Part shown: one piece after another, positions 10,597 through 21,362 of the stretch
Position numbering within the stretch: position 1 is the first letter of the stretch
Layout: every line of letters starts with the position of its first letter
Source: Chloroflexota bacterium
GTDB taxonomy: Bacteria > Chloroflexota > UBA11872 > VXOZ01
Length of the DNA stretch: 64,000 bases
Assembly (NCBI GenBank): GCA_965221905.1
Contig: OZ244922.1
Location: 448,001-512,000 of the forward strand
Direction of reading: 5' to 3'
Position numbers and translations under genes: made by a program
The notes under the pieces: model-generated
The model's database searches: none
What the model saw: only the letters and a program-made list of their open reading frames with translations
Told to the model about the DNA's origin: nothing

Positions 10597-10605
10597 TCTT
10601 CCATC

Positions 10606-11712
10606 ATGTCTACACGCTACATGACACGGGCACTCAAGTTGGCAGACCGGGCGCAGGGACGCACGTCGCCTAACCCGGCGGTCGGCGCTATTGTCGTGCG
10701 GGACGGCGTTGTGGTCGGCGAGGGCGCCACGCAGCCGCCCGGCCAAGCACATGCCGAAGTGGTGGCACTCAGCCAAGCCGGTGCTGCCGCCAAGGGCGCC
10801 GAACTCTACGTGACCCTTGAGCCCTGCGCCTTTCAGGGCCGCACGCCACCCTGTACGGATGCCATCATTGCCGCCGGCATTCTGCACGTGAGCATTGGCG
10901 TTCTCGACCCCCATCCGCGGGTCAATGGACGGGGTGTGGAGCGTCTGCGGGACGCCGGTATCGGGGTGAGCGTTGGCATCAGTGAGCCGCAGGCCCGGTG
11001 CTGCCACGAGGCGTATCTCCACAGCGTCCAAACCGGCTTGCCATTCGTCACCTTGAAGATGGCTATGAGCCTTGACGGCAAGGTGGCGACGGGCGACAGT
11101 GAATCAATCTACTTGACCGGTGAAGCGGCGCGCACCCATGTACACGAACTGCGCGATCGCAGCGATGCCATAGTCGTCGGCGTGAATACGGTCATTGCCG
11201 ACGATCCGCGCTTGACGACGCGTCTCGCGCGCTCGGACGTCCGCCACCCTCGGCGCTATATTCTCGATAGCCGGGGCAGAACGCCGCTGAGTGCTCGGAT
11301 TCTTGACCCGGATCTCCCCGGCCGGACTACGATAGTTACGACAGACGCGGTAGCGGCTGATCGGCTGGGGGAGTATAGCGCCCGTGGCGCAACCGTTTGG
11401 TTGCTGCCGCCCAAAGAAGGGCGTGTGGACCTGCCGGAGTTCTTGCGGAAGCTTGGGGCAGAAGGCGTCCGCTCAGTGCTGCTGGAGGGGGGCCCAACTT
11501 TGGCCGGCTCATTCCTAATTGCTGATTGTGTGCAAAAACTGCTCGTGTTTGTGGCGCCACTCCTGGTTGGCAGTGATGATGTACCGTCACTGCTCGCCGG
11601 CCGAGACGGTAGCGTCCTAGGCAAAGCGCGGCGGTTCCACTTTTCATCTGTCAGACGGATTGGCCCCGATGTGCTCTTGACGGCCTATCTCAGAGGTGCT
11701 GATCTCGACTAG
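10606..11712 (+). CDS. ribD: Riboflavin biosynthesis deaminase/reductase
   Basis: PNPAVG, HAE, TLEPC..PPC, SLDGK, EGG. Confidence 0.97.
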   Translation: MSTRYMTRALKLADRAQGRTSPNPAVGAIVVRDGVVVGEGATQPPGQAHAEVVALSQAGAAAKGAELYVTLEPCAFQGRTPPCTDAIIAAGILHVSIGVLDPHPRVNGRGVERLRDAGIGVSVGISEPQARCCHEAYLHSVQTGLPFVTLKMAMSLDGKVATGDSESIYLTGEAARTHVHELRDRSDAIVVGVNTVIADDPRLTTRLARSDVRHPRRYILDSRGRTPLSARILDPDLPGRTTIVTTDAVAADRLGEYSARGATVWLLPPKEGRVDLPEFLRKLGAEGVRSVLLEGGPTLAGSFLIADCVQKLLVFVAPLLVGSDDVPSLLAGRDGSVLGKARRFHFSSVRRIGPDVLLTAYLRGADLD

Positions 11713-11773
11713 CGGATCGCGCTCAGTGTCGCCGCATGCCGGTATAATCAAATAAAGTGCACAGGGGGCCAGC

Positions 11774-12370
11774 ATGTTTACCGGCATTATCAAAGCGCTT
11801 GGCACAGTCAATAATGTGGAAGTGACGCCTGATGGCGCACGATTGGAGATTGCGGCCCGGGGGATCGCGGATACCCTCAGCCATGGTGAGAGTGTTGCCG
11901 TAAATGGTACCTGTCTCACGGTCGCGACGCTCCGGCCGCCCGCATTTGCCTTCCAACTCACGCCGGAGACCCTTTCACGCACGTCCCTGGGCGAACTCTC
12001 TGCCGGTGACAAAGTAAACCTAGAGCCCGCGTTACGCGTGGGCGACAGCCTGGGAGGTCACGTGGTGCAAGGACACGTTGACGCCACCGGCACAATTCTG
12101 GAACACGCCCCAGTGGGTGATTCGGTTGTAATGCGCTTCAGCGCGCCACCGGAGGTGCTCCGCTACGTGGTCGTGAAGGGCTCGATTGCGGTGGATGGTG
12201 TTAGTCTTACCGTTACTGCGCTAGAATCGCAGGCATTTGCCGTCTCCCTGGTACAATATACAAAGGAGCACACAAATCTAACCCGCAAGCCGCTTGGCGC
12301 CCGTGTAAATCTGGAAGTTGACCTGTTTGCGAAGTACGTTGAGCGCTTACTGCAACTGAATCAGGATTAG
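11774..12370 (+). CDS. ribE: Riboflavin synthase
   Basis: MFTGII, NGTCLTV, GGHVVQGHVD, GVSLTV. Confidence 0.97.
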   Translation: MFTGIIKALGTVNNVEVTPDGARLEIAARGIADTLSHGESVAVNGTCLTVATLRPPAFAFQLTPETLSRTSLGELSAGDKVNLEPALRVGDSLGGHVVQGHVDATGTILEHAPVGDSVVMRFSAPPEVLRYVVVKGSIAVDGVSLTVTALESQAFAVSLVQYTKEHTNLTRKPLGARVNLEVDLFAKYVERLLQLNQD

Positions 12371-12407
12371 CAGTGATTTGGGCAAGCTATGCGGGGGAGC
12401 AGATCTG

Positions 12408-12641
12408 ATGGCAGTTTTCGACACCCACAAGGCGTTTGAAACCCCTATTGCCGCGGGCTTCACGGAGCGCCAAGCCAAAGCCTTGTTGAAAGTGGGCAGC
12501 GAAGGGTACGGCGCGCCGGCAACGAAGACCGATCTGCGAGAGCTGGGGCTGCGCCTAAAGCATGAACTGACGCTGCGGATGGGTGGCCTTGGAGCGGCGG
12601 GCATGGCGATAATCGCTATGCCGGAACTGATACCGCGATAG
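12408..12641 (+). CDS. Small DUF1640/CCDC90-like coiled-coil protein with C-terminal TM helix
   Basis: FDTHKAF..AGFTERQAKAL..TKTDL..LTLRMGG pattern; SD-like GGGGGAG upstream. Confidence 0.65.
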   Translation: MAVFDTHKAFETPIAAGFTERQAKALLKVGSEGYGAPATKTDLRELGLRLKHELTLRMGGLGAAGMAIIAMPELIPR

Positions 12642-12796
12642 GTACCGTAGGGTGAGAGCAACACGCTTGCCCTAATTGCTGCGGAAATTGACGCCTTAGC
12701 GTGACGCGGCGCACGAGTCGAGGATACTTAACAGCGGCTAAGACAGTCCGACCGCGCTGTAACACTTCAAGCACTGGATGAATTAGCAGAGAGGCC

Positions 12797-14020
12797 ATGC
12801 GCATGCCACTGGCAACGATTGAAGAGGCCGTCGAGGAGTTTCGCCGCGGGAATTTCGTCATCATCATCGATGATAAAGACCGCGAGAATGAAGGCGATCT
12901 TTGCGTTCCGGCGGAGAGGATCACGCCCGAGAAGGTCAACTTCATGGCGAAGTATGGGCGCGGCCTCATTTGCACGCCCCTCACCGGCCAGCGCCTGGAT
13001 GAACTGCGCATCCCACTCATGGTGTCGAATAATAACACCATGTACGGCACGGCGTTCACTGTTTCTGTGGAGTCGCGGCATGGCGTAGCCAGCGGCATCT
13101 CCGCCTCAGACCGCGCTAAGACCGTCAAGGCGTTGGTGGACCCCAATACCACACCCAGCGACCTCATAATGCCTGGCCACACATTTCCCTTGCGCGCTTG
13201 CGATGGCGGCGTGCTGGTGCGCGCCGGCCACACTGAGGCGAGCATTGACCTGGCCAAGCTTGCCGACCTCTATCCAGGAGCAGTAGTCTGCGAGATTATG
13301 GACGAAGACGGCAAGATGATGCGGCTGCCGCAACTAGAAGAGTTCGCAGCCAGACACGGCATTAAGATCATCAGCATTGCCAGCCTCATCGAGTACCGCT
13401 ACCGCACAGAAACGATTGCACGCCGCGTGGCCCGCAGCCGTATTCCCACGGACTATGGGGAGTTTACGGCACTGGCCTACGAGAGCACCGCGGATTGGCA
13501 AGAAGGGATCGCGCTCGTGGTGGGCACGATCACGCCCGAAGAACCGGTGCTGGTGCGCGTCCATTCGCAATGCGCCACAGGCGACGCGCTCGGATCCTTA
13601 CGCTGCGATTGCGGTATGCAACTGCGCCTCGCCATGAAGATGGTGCAGGAAGAAGGCACGGGCGTAATCCTCTACCTGAATCAGGAGGGTCGCGGCATCG
13701 GGCTGATGAACAAGATGCGCGCATACGAATTGCAGGATGGCGGTTTGGATACCGTAGAGGCGAATCATCGCCTCGGCCTGGGCGCGGACCAGCGCAACTA
13801 CGGCTTCGGTTGCCAGGTGCTCAAAGACCTCGGCGCATTCAAGGTGCGCTTGCTCACGAACAGTCCTATCAAAGCGGCGGCGCTGAGCATCTACGGCCTG
13901 GAAATGGTCGAGCGCGTGCCCCTCAGCGTGCAACCAAATAGCGAAAACCTACGCTATCTGCAAACAAAACGTGATAGACTGGGACACGATCTTTCGTTTG
14001 CTACGCAAGACACGGAGTGA
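12797..14020 (+). CDS. ribBA: Bifunctional DHBP synthase / GTP cyclohydrolase II
   Basis: DRENEGD, RAGHTEA, VRVHSQCATGD..RCDCG, QEGRGIGL. Confidence 0.97.
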   Translation: MRMPLATIEEAVEEFRRGNFVIIIDDKDRENEGDLCVPAERITPEKVNFMAKYGRGLICTPLTGQRLDELRIPLMVSNNNTMYGTAFTVSVESRHGVASGISASDRAKTVKALVDPNTTPSDLIMPGHTFPLRACDGGVLVRAGHTEASIDLAKLADLYPGAVVCEIMDEDGKMMRLPQLEEFAARHGIKIISIASLIEYRYRTETIARRVARSRIPTDYGEFTALAYESTADWQEGIALVVGTITPEEPVLVRVHSQCATGDALGSLRCDCGMQLRLAMKMVQEEGTGVILYLNQEGRGIGLMNKMRAYELQDGGLDTVEANHRLGLGADQRNYGFGCQVLKDLGAFKVRLLTNSPIKAAALSIYGLEMVERVPLSVQPNSENLRYLQTKRDRLGHDLSFATQDTE

Positions 14021-14493
14021 ATGCGCCTGTGGCACGTACGATAGAAGGCACGCTCGAGGGTGGAGACCACCGCTTCGCAATCGTGGCGGCGCGCTTCAAC
14101 GAGTTATTCGTAGACCGGCTTGTCCAAGGCGCCGTGGACGGCCTGACCCGCCATGGCGTGAAGGAAGACGCCATTGACGTCGCGCGCGTGCCCGGCTCGC
14201 TGGAGATCCCGATTACGGCCCAGCGTCTGGCCGCGAAGGGCAGCTACAGCGCCATCATTTGCTTAGGCGTCGTTATTCGCGGCGCGACCCTGCACTTCGA
14301 GCACGTCGCTGGCGGCGCGGCCGGCGGCATCGCCCACGTTGCACTTGCCGCCGATATCCCCATTATCAACGGCCTGATCGTGGCGGAATCCCTCGAACAA
14401 GCCATGGAGCGCGCGGGCACCAAGCTTGGCAACAAAGGTTTCGACGCCGCCATGGCCGCAATCGAAATGGCGAATCTGCTCAAGCAGCTGTAG
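14017..14493 (+). CDS. ribH: 6,7-dimethyl-8-ribityllumazine synthase
   Basis: ARFN, VPGSLEIP, GVVIRGATLHF, GNKG. Confidence 0.97.
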   Translation: MNAPVARTIEGTLEGGDHRFAIVAARFNELFVDRLVQGAVDGLTRHGVKEDAIDVARVPGSLEIPITAQRLAAKGSYSAIICLGVVIRGATLHFEHVAGGAAGGIAHVALAADIPIINGLIVAESLEQAMERAGTKLGNKGFDAAMAAIEMANLLKQL

Positions 14494-14574
14494 TTGCGGC
14501 GTTCAGGCGCACGTTTGGGTCCATGGGACCTCTTCATTCCCTCTACTAGTCCCTACTGATGGATAAAGCTGTAC

Positions 14575-15201
14575 ATGCTTGATATACATAAACTTATGGC
14601 GTCCCTTTCCGCGTATCGCCCAGTCTTTCATTCGGAAGCAGATTTTCAGCACGCCCTCGCATGGCATATTCACGAAGTGATGCCTGAATGCCGAATTCGC
14701 TTGGAGCATCCGGTACGAATTGAAGGACAGAAGCCGATGTATCTCGATATCTGGCTGCCAAACGAGCAAGTAGCTATCGAACTAAAGTACTTTAGCACAA
14801 TGCTGGAACTGAAATATGACGGTGAGGATTTTCGCCTGAAAGAGCATGCAGCGACAGACGTTGTGCGGAATCGCTTCACCCTAGACGTGGAAAGACTCGA
14901 ATGTTTGGTGCAGGACGATGATCACCCAGCTAGAGGCGGTGTTGCCATACTGCTAACTAACTGCCCACTCCTATGGGATGCAAACCGTGGAAGGAAAAAG
15001 ACAAATGACATAAACTTTCGAATTCACGAAGGTAGAAAGCTAACAGGCACACTTGAGTGGCTAAAGAATGGCCTCCCCATTGAGGGTGAAGCGAAAGTGG
15101 ATCTGGGCGGCACTTATGAAATGCACTGGAAAGACTTCTGGAACTTCACTCAGGAACAGTACGGAAAATTCCGGTACCTCGCGGTTTCGGTTGAGCCCTG
15201 A
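14575..15201 (+). CDS. Hypothetical protein, probable PD-(D/E)XK nuclease fold
   Basis: FHSEADFQHALAW..LE..LDIW..AIELKY (E..D..ExK spacing); AT-richer than neighbours. Confidence 0.6.
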   Translation: MLDIHKLMASLSAYRPVFHSEADFQHALAWHIHEVMPECRIRLEHPVRIEGQKPMYLDIWLPNEQVAIELKYFSTMLELKYDGEDFRLKEHAATDVVRNRFTLDVERLECLVQDDDHPARGGVAILLTNCPLLWDANRGRKKTNDINFRIHEGRKLTGTLEWLKNGLPIEGEAKVDLGGTYEMHWKDFWNFTQEQYGKFRYLAVSVEP

Positions 15202-15282
15202 ACAGGTGGAGCATGCAGGTCTCCGATTAAACGGTGCCAGCACAATCGCAAGGGTACCTCCCTCATTACATGAATATGTTCG

Positions 15283-15305
15283 GTAGCACAGGTTTGAAAC
15301 CTGTG
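15283..15305 (+). repeat. GTAG-type REP family C (GTAGCRCAGGTTTGNAACCTGYG)
   Basis: Copies at 15283-15305, 23111-23134, 31698-31720, 35156-35179(-), 50578-50601(-), 57991-58014 and 58060-58083(-). Confidence 0.85.
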
Positions 15306-15534
15306 TCTTCGTCGCCACTATGATTCAGCTAACTCAACCGTGGGTTGAGTCTGTAGGCATCGTTTACTCCAACTTGACCAATAGCCTTGTATGACGGAAA
15401 TAACCCTTTTTCCTGTCTGCTGTTGACCATTCCGTCTACGCTCCTCGATTTTCCAGATGGCTATGTTCTTCTCTGATGCAAGAGTTGCGGTACAGTGGGA
15501 TTAAAGAGACTCGCGCAGCAGAGGCAGGAACTCA

Positions 15535-16707
15535 ATGACCCAAGGGGCACTGACGCTCTTTCGATTGGCGGGCATTTCGGTGCGCGTGCATTACACGTGG
15601 TTCTTTGCGTTCTTTCTCATCGCATGGTCGCTGCCGCGCACTCTGTTTCCGGTCGGATATCCCGGCTGGACCGATTTGACGTATTGGGTAGTGGGAAGCT
15701 CGGCCGCGCTGCTGATTTTCGGTTCGGTGCTCTTTCACGAGTTTGCCCACTCTTTCATGGCGCTCGCTCGCGGCATGAAGGTAGACAGTATCACGCTCTT
15801 CATCTTTGGCGGCGCCGCCGTGCTCAAGTCCGAGCCGCGACGGCCCAGTGACGAGTTTTTCATCGCCGTGGTGGGGCCCGCGAGCAGCCTGCTCCTCGCC
15901 ATCATCTTTTTGGTCTTGAGCTTCATCTTGCCGCTCGACGTGCCCGCACAATTCCTCATCACGCAACTGGCCTTCATAAACGGCGGACTAGCCGTATTCA
16001 ACTTGCTCCCCGGCTTTCCCCTCGACGGCGGCAGAGTATTCCGCTCCATCGTTTGGGCTATTACCGGCAGCATGCGCAAAGGCACGACGGTCGCCACAAT
16101 CGTCGGGCAGGTCTTCGCATTTGGGCTAATCGCTTTTGGCCTTTTCTTCCTCTTTCGTGGTAGCTTCTTTGCCGGTATTTGGTTTATTTTCATCGGCTGG
16201 TTTTTGAACGGCGCCGCGGCGGCGAACCGCCGTCAAGTGACGCTGGACGAGGCTCTGCGCGATGTTCACGTTTCCAGCCTTATGCGCGCCGATCCTGCCG
16301 TTGTTCGTCCCGACGAGACCATGGACCGCGTCGTGCTCACTATGCTCCTGAGCGACGGCGATCGCGCTCTGCCGGTCGTAGAGGATGGCCGCGTGGTCGG
16401 AATCGTTACCATCAACGACGCGAGAAACGTACCGCAAGGAGCGTGGACCGAGACAACCGTGCGCCACGCCATGACCCCGTGTCCGCTGATTACGGTGGGG
16501 CCAAACGAGCCGATACTCAACGTCCTGGAATTGCTAGACGAGCATGCCGTCGGGCACGTGCTCGTAATGGAAGGGAGCGCCCTGTTGGGTGTGCTGAGCC
16601 GTGCCGATCTTGTGCGCTTCCTCGAACTTTCCCGCGAGTTGGGAGTCAACGCGACGCTCGCCCGGCGTGATAGCGTGCTCAGACCCGACGACAGCGCTGC
16701 AGATTGA
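15535..16707 (+). CDS. Site-2 protease (M50) with tandem CBS domains
   Basis: HEFAH, FIFGG, FNLLPGFPLDGGR; CBS pair at the C-terminus. Confidence 0.95.
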   Translation: MTQGALTLFRLAGISVRVHYTWFFAFFLIAWSLPRTLFPVGYPGWTDLTYWVVGSSAALLIFGSVLFHEFAHSFMALARGMKVDSITLFIFGGAAVLKSEPRRPSDEFFIAVVGPASSLLLAIIFLVLSFILPLDVPAQFLITQLAFINGGLAVFNLLPGFPLDGGRVFRSIVWAITGSMRKGTTVATIVGQVFAFGLIAFGLFFLFRGSFFAGIWFIFIGWFLNGAAAANRRQVTLDEALRDVHVSSLMRADPAVVRPDETMDRVVLTMLLSDGDRALPVVEDGRVVGIVTINDARNVPQGAWTETTVRHAMTPCPLITVGPNEPILNVLELLDEHAVGHVLVMEGSALLGVLSRADLVRFLELSRELGVNATLARRDSVLRPDDSAAD

Positions 16708-17043
16708 AGTAGCAGCGCAACGTGCGAAGGATGTTGCACCGCACCGCGCCGTCGATAGCCTCATTGGGGTGTTAGTCGAGACCGGAGACAGTGGCGGATT
16801 ACCCGGCAGTCTTTAGGGTAAGTGAGATTTCTAATTGCGCCGGAACCTGCAACAGCCTAGAATGCACGTAAACGTCCACGTCAATAAAGGCATCTCGCGT
16901 GGAGGGGAACGTCCAGCTTGGCTCCGGCAGCAGCCAGCGAACTGTCCCTTCCTCGATATTTATCGCGCCCAGCGATACTGGCACTGCGTGGCAAGACGTT
17001 CTCTACATAGAACTGAAGACATTTCCAGAAAGGACTTGCCCCG

Positions 17044-18399
17044 TTGAGCGCCAAAACGTCAGCGCCTGAACCGGAAAGTTCCAGTGCGGTAGAGCCGGAG
17101 GGCACCCGCGGCAGCTCATGGCCGGGTGCGCAGTTTTTCAATCGCACCTTCGAGGCGCTATCGGTTCCTGCCTACCGCGACATGTGGTTGGGTATGGTGG
17201 TCTCCTTTGGCGGCCTGCAGGTTGCGATGGTTTCTCGCGGGTACCTGGCATACGACCTCAGCGGATCCGCCGGCATGCTTGGGCTGGTCGGTTTGGCGAC
17301 GGGACTGCCTATGCTCTTCTTTTCACCTTTTGCCGGCGTGCTGGCTGACCGCGTCGACAAGCGCCGTCTCCTCATAGGCTCGCAAGTTTTCATGTTAACG
17401 GTTGCCTGCCTGCTGGCGCTCCTCATTCACACGGGTTTGATTGCCGTCTGGCATCTCATAGTATTTGGATTTCTGCAAGGGATTGCGTTTTCGCTCGGCA
17501 TGCCCACGCGATCGTCGCTGATTCCCGCGTTGGTGGGGCGCGAGCGGCTCGGCAACGCCATCGCCTTAAGTAACTCCGGCCGGAACATGATGACAATTGT
17601 CGGGCCTGCCATCGCGGGGATCATCATCGTCACGCCGGGGTTAGGCACGGCCGGGGCTTTCGATATCACGGCGCTGTGTTACGGCGTGGCGACGCTCTTC
17701 ATACTGCGGCTGCCCAAGGGAGCGGGCAGCGACAAAAAAGCGGAGCCCGGCAAGTTCTCCTCGCAGATGTTCGCCGGCTTCAATTACGTGTTCACCGAGC
17801 GTACGCTGCTGCTGCTCTTGGTCCTGGCCTTCGTGCCTATTCTGCTTGGCCGACCCTACCAGATGCTGCTCCCCGTCTTCCAGGCTGACGTATTGGGCGT
17901 TGACGCGCGCTGGCTCGGTTTCCTGAACGCCGCCTCCGGCGCGGGCGGTCTGCTGGGTTCACTGCTCGTGGCCTATTTTTCGGCAAGCCAGCACGCAAAG
18001 TTGCTGCAGACCGTCTTCGGCGGGTTATTTGGTATCTCGCTGTTGCTCTTTGCCAACACCTCTTGGCTACCCTTGAGCCTTGTGCTGGTCGGGTTCGTCG
18101 GTCTTACGGCAAATGCCTACTTTTCCCTGAACAACACGTTGGTGATGCTGCATACCGACCAGGCCTACTATGGTCGGGTGATGAGCATCTACATGATGAC
18201 GTTTTCGCTCATGATGTTCGCCGGATTTCCCATGGGCTTGCTCGTTGACCGCTGGGGCGCGCCTCAGGTGGTCGGTATCGCCGGCGCCATCATCATGCTC
18301 TTCATCCTGGCGATCTCGCTGGCGGTGCCCTCCATGCGCAGACGGGACGAAGGCACACCGCAGACTGCTCCGCCGAGAAGTGGGCCCGCCCCGCTGTGA
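17044..18399 (+). CDS. MFS transporter
   Basis: GVLADRVDKRRLL motif A; about 12 TM segments; GRVMSIY. Confidence 0.92.
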   Translation: MSAKTSAPEPESSSAVEPEGTRGSSWPGAQFFNRTFEALSVPAYRDMWLGMVVSFGGLQVAMVSRGYLAYDLSGSAGMLGLVGLATGLPMLFFSPFAGVLADRVDKRRLLIGSQVFMLTVACLLALLIHTGLIAVWHLIVFGFLQGIAFSLGMPTRSSLIPALVGRERLGNAIALSNSGRNMMTIVGPAIAGIIIVTPGLGTAGAFDITALCYGVATLFILRLPKGAGSDKKAEPGKFSSQMFAGFNYVFTERTLLLLLVLAFVPILLGRPYQMLLPVFQADVLGVDARWLGFLNAASGAGGLLGSLLVAYFSASQHAKLLQTVFGGLFGISLLLFANTSWLPLSLVLVGFVGLTANAYFSLNNTLVMLHTDQAYYGRVMSIYMMTFSLMMFAGFPMGLLVDRWGAPQVVGIAGAIIMLFILAISLAVPSMRRRDEGTPQTAPPRSGPAPL

Positions 18400-18516
18400 G
18401 TTGAGTGCTTGTCTTGCTATGCATACCTGGATACACTGAATGCTCGCTCCTAGGCGTCGAAGTGCAGCTTTGCACATAGGGCGCGGCAGGATGGCTCGGT
18501 CGGATGGAGCAGTGTA

Positions 18517-19350
18517 ATGGGTCAAGCGCGCTCGCATAGGCACTTCTCTAAGCGGTTTGTGCTCATCGGGATTGTCTTCTCAATTCTGATTTGCATTGCT
18601 GCGGGTCTCGTCCTTTGGCGCGCGATTCACCGGGATGCAGATTCGGACCGGATGCAGTCTGTTGACATACACTGGGGTTACGCAGAGGACATTGGTCCAG
18701 CGCGGTGGGGCGACTTGTCACCTGCATTTAAGGAGTGCAAACAGGGATTAGAACAGTCGCCTATCGATCTGACCGGTGATGCTGAAGCGAGACCGTACGT
18801 ACTTGAGTTCCGCTATCTGTCCTCGTCGCTAGAGATCGTCAATAACGGGCACACAATTCAGGTGAACTACGTGCCCGGCAGCATGCTCATCGTTGGTGAT
18901 AGAGAGTATGCGTTGTTGCAGTTTCACTTTCACCGCCTAAGCGAGCATACGGTCAGAGGACAGCCCGCTGACATGGAAGTGCACCTGGTGCACCGTGACG
19001 CCGCCGGAAATCTCGCTGTTGTGGGTGTTTTCCTGACGGTTGGGCGGCACAACGAGGCGTTGCAACAGGTGTGGGCCAACATGCCGGCAGAGAAAGGCGA
19101 GAAGCGGCTGGTGGATGGGGTCTCGGTCAACGCCGCAGACCTGCTGCCTGCGGATGAATCCTACTATAGCTACACCGGATCGCTCACGACGCCGCCATGC
19201 AGTGAAGGCGTGCGCTGGTTCGTCCTCAGTAGACCGGTGGAGGTCTCCCCGGAGCAGCTTGCCCGGTTTGCAGCGCTCTTTCCGGACATTGCCCGACCGG
19301 CACAACCGCTAAATGACCGGACGGTATTTTACAGCCAGCCAGCCGACTAG
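18517..19350 (+). CDS. Alpha-class carbonic anhydrase, membrane-anchored/exported
   Basis: QSPID, NNGHT, QFHFH..SEH, EVHLVH, GSLTTPPCSEGV. Confidence 0.95.
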   Translation: MGQARSHRHFSKRFVLIGIVFSILICIAAGLVLWRAIHRDADSDRMQSVDIHWGYAEDIGPARWGDLSPAFKECKQGLEQSPIDLTGDAEARPYVLEFRYLSSSLEIVNNGHTIQVNYVPGSMLIVGDREYALLQFHFHRLSEHTVRGQPADMEVHLVHRDAAGNLAVVGVFLTVGRHNEALQQVWANMPAEKGEKRLVDGVSVNAADLLPADESYYSYTGSLTTPPCSEGVRWFVLSRPVEVSPEQLARFAALFPDIARPAQPLNDRTVFYSQPAD

Positions 19351-19382
19351 CCGGGTCTCAGGGCGCAATGTTGCTGAAACGC

Positions 19383-20702
19383 TCAGGCTGTAGCCGAAGT
19401 ATCTTCATCGAGAAGCGTGACTTCATGCTCGGCGGTTGGGACAGGGCGCTTGCTCTCGGACGCCACCAACTTCGGCTGCTCGCGTTTGGCAATGACGTCA
19501 GCGGTAACGATGACTTCTCGCACGTCATTGCGGGAGGGCAAGTCGTACATCACTTCCAGCAGCGCCTCTTCCATGATCGTCTGCAGTGCGCGCGCGCCGG
19601 TCTTAAGACTCTGCGCCATCTGCGCTGCTTCCTCCAGGGCATCGTCCTGAAATGTGAGTTCGATATCGTCAATCGAGAACAAGTGCTGATACTGACGGAC
19701 GGGAGCATCGCGCGGCTCGGTAAGCACCTGGATCAACTCATCATGCGTGAGCGCATCCAGGGCGACCGTCACCGGCAGGCGACCGACGAACTCTGGAATG
19801 AGGCCGTACTTCAGGAGATCGTCCGGTGAGATCTGACGGAGGAGGTTCTTTTCCTCTTCGGCCCGCTCGGCGGCATTCATGGCGCCGAACCCAATGCGGT
19901 TGTGACTGCCAATGCGCTTCGCAATGACTTCGTCTAGACCCTCGAATGCGCCGCCGCAGACAAAGAGAATGTTGGTGGTGTCGATCTGTATGAACTCTTG
20001 GTGCGGGTGCTTGCGGCCGCCCTGCGGGGGTACGTTTGCCACCGTGCCCTCGATGATCTTGAGCAACGCTTGCTGCACGCCCTCGCCGGAAACATCACGC
20101 GTAATCGATGGATTGTCCGCCTTGCGGGCAATCTTATCGATCTCGTCGATGAATACGATCCCGCGTTCGGCAGCGGCGGTATCGTATTCCGCGGCCTGAA
20201 TGAGACGCAGAAGGATGTTCTCCACATCCTCACCCACATAGCCGGCTTCCGTCAGGGACGTGGCGTCGGCAATGCAGAAGGGAACCCCGAGGATACGCGC
20301 GAGCGTGCGCGCCAGCAGCGTCTTGCCGCACCCCGTCGGCCCGATGAGAAGCACATTGCTCTTGCTCAGCTCCACGTTTTCATTCTTTTCACCACTGGCC
20401 ATGCGCTTATAGTGGTTGTAGACCGCAACCGCCAGCACCTTCTTCGCGTGCTCTTGGCCGACCACATACTCGTTCAGGAACTCGTGGATTTCTCTGGGGC
20501 TTAGCAGTCGGCTCGGCCCGGCGCTATCCTTCCGTTGGCCTGCCGGGGACTGCTCCTCATGAATCAGCTCACGACAGAGGTCAACACACTCATCGCAAAT
20601 GTATACCCCGTTTTGCCCGGAGATCAGCCGGCGCACATCTTCTTGCGCCTTACCGCAGAACGAGCATCGATACTGGCCCCGAGTTTCGCGACGACTTGGC
20701 AA
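19383..20702 (-). CDS. clpX: ATP-dependent Clp protease ATP-binding subunit
   Basis: CSFCGK..CDEC zinc domain, [25 protein letters not shown] loop. Confidence 0.98.
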   Translation of the reverse strand: MPSRRETRGQYRCSFCGKAQEDVRRLISGQNGVYICDECVDLCRELIHEEQSPAGQRKDSAGPSRLLSPREIHEFLNEYVVGQEHAKKVLAVAVYNHYKRMASGEKNENVELSKSNVLLIGPTGCGKTLLARTLARILGVPFCIADATSLTEAGYVGEDVENILLRLIQAAEYDTAAAERGIVFIDEIDKIARKADNPSITRDVSGEGVQQALLKIIEGTVANVPPQGGRKHPHQEFIQIDTTNILFVCGGAFEGLDEVIAKRIGSHNRIGFGAMNAAERAEEEKNLLRQISPDDLLKYGLIPEFVGRLPVTVALDALTHDELIQVLTEPRDAPVRQYQHLFSIDDIELTFQDDALEEAAQMAQSLKTGARALQTIMEEALLEVMYDLPSRNDVREVIVTADVIAKREQPKLVASESKRPVPTAEHEVTLLDEDTSATA

Positions 20703-20741
20703 CGCTAATCTCCTTCGTGTTGAGGCGCTGGATTGGTCATA

Positions 20742-21362
20742 CTATCTGCCGGCTACTCCGTCTGTCTCAGGTGTCTTGACACTGGACGGCAAGACATCAT
20801 CGATAAGACCGTACTCTTTGGCTTCTATGGGGTCCATCCAGAAGTCTCGCTCGCTATCACGCTCGATCTTCGAGAGGTCCTGGCCCGTGTGTTGCGCAAT
20901 AATCGAGTTCACCTGGTTACGGGTGCGCAAGATTTCGCGCGCCTCGATCTCGAGATCGGAGGCCTGCAAAGGCCGTGAGGCTTGCGTCCATGGTTGATGG
21001 ATCAGCATGCGCGAATTGGGAAGAGAAAACCGCTTGCCCGACGCGCCACCGGCGAGTAGTAAGGCGGCAATGCTGGCTGAAAGACCCATGCAGTAGGTCG
21101 CCACGTCATTCTTGATGTACTGCATGGCGTCGTAAATCGCCAGACCCGAATGCACGCTGCCCCCCGGCGAATTAATGTAGAGACCGATGTCAGCGTCGCC
21201 ATCTTCACTCGAAAGCAAGAGCATCTGGGCGATGATGATGTTCGCCACGTTATCATCAACCGGTGTGCCGAGGAAGATGATCCGATCGCGCAAGAGACGC
21301 GAAAATATGTCCATGCCGCGTTCGCCGCGGTTCGTCGTCTCAATGACGTACGGAATGAGCAT
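20742..21362 (-). CDS. clpP: ATP-dependent Clp protease proteolytic subunit
   Basis: [32 protein letters not shown]. Confidence 0.98.
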   Translation of the reverse strand: MLIPYVIETTNRGERGMDIFSRLLRDRIIFLGTPVDDNVANIIIAQMLLLSSEDGDADIGLYINSPGGSVHSGLAIYDAMQYIKNDVATYCMGLSASIAALLLAGGASGKRFSLPNSRMLIHQPWTQASRPLQASDLEIEAREILRTRNQVNSIIAQHTGQDLSKIERDSERDFWMDPIEAKEYGLIDDVLPSSVKTPETDGVAGR

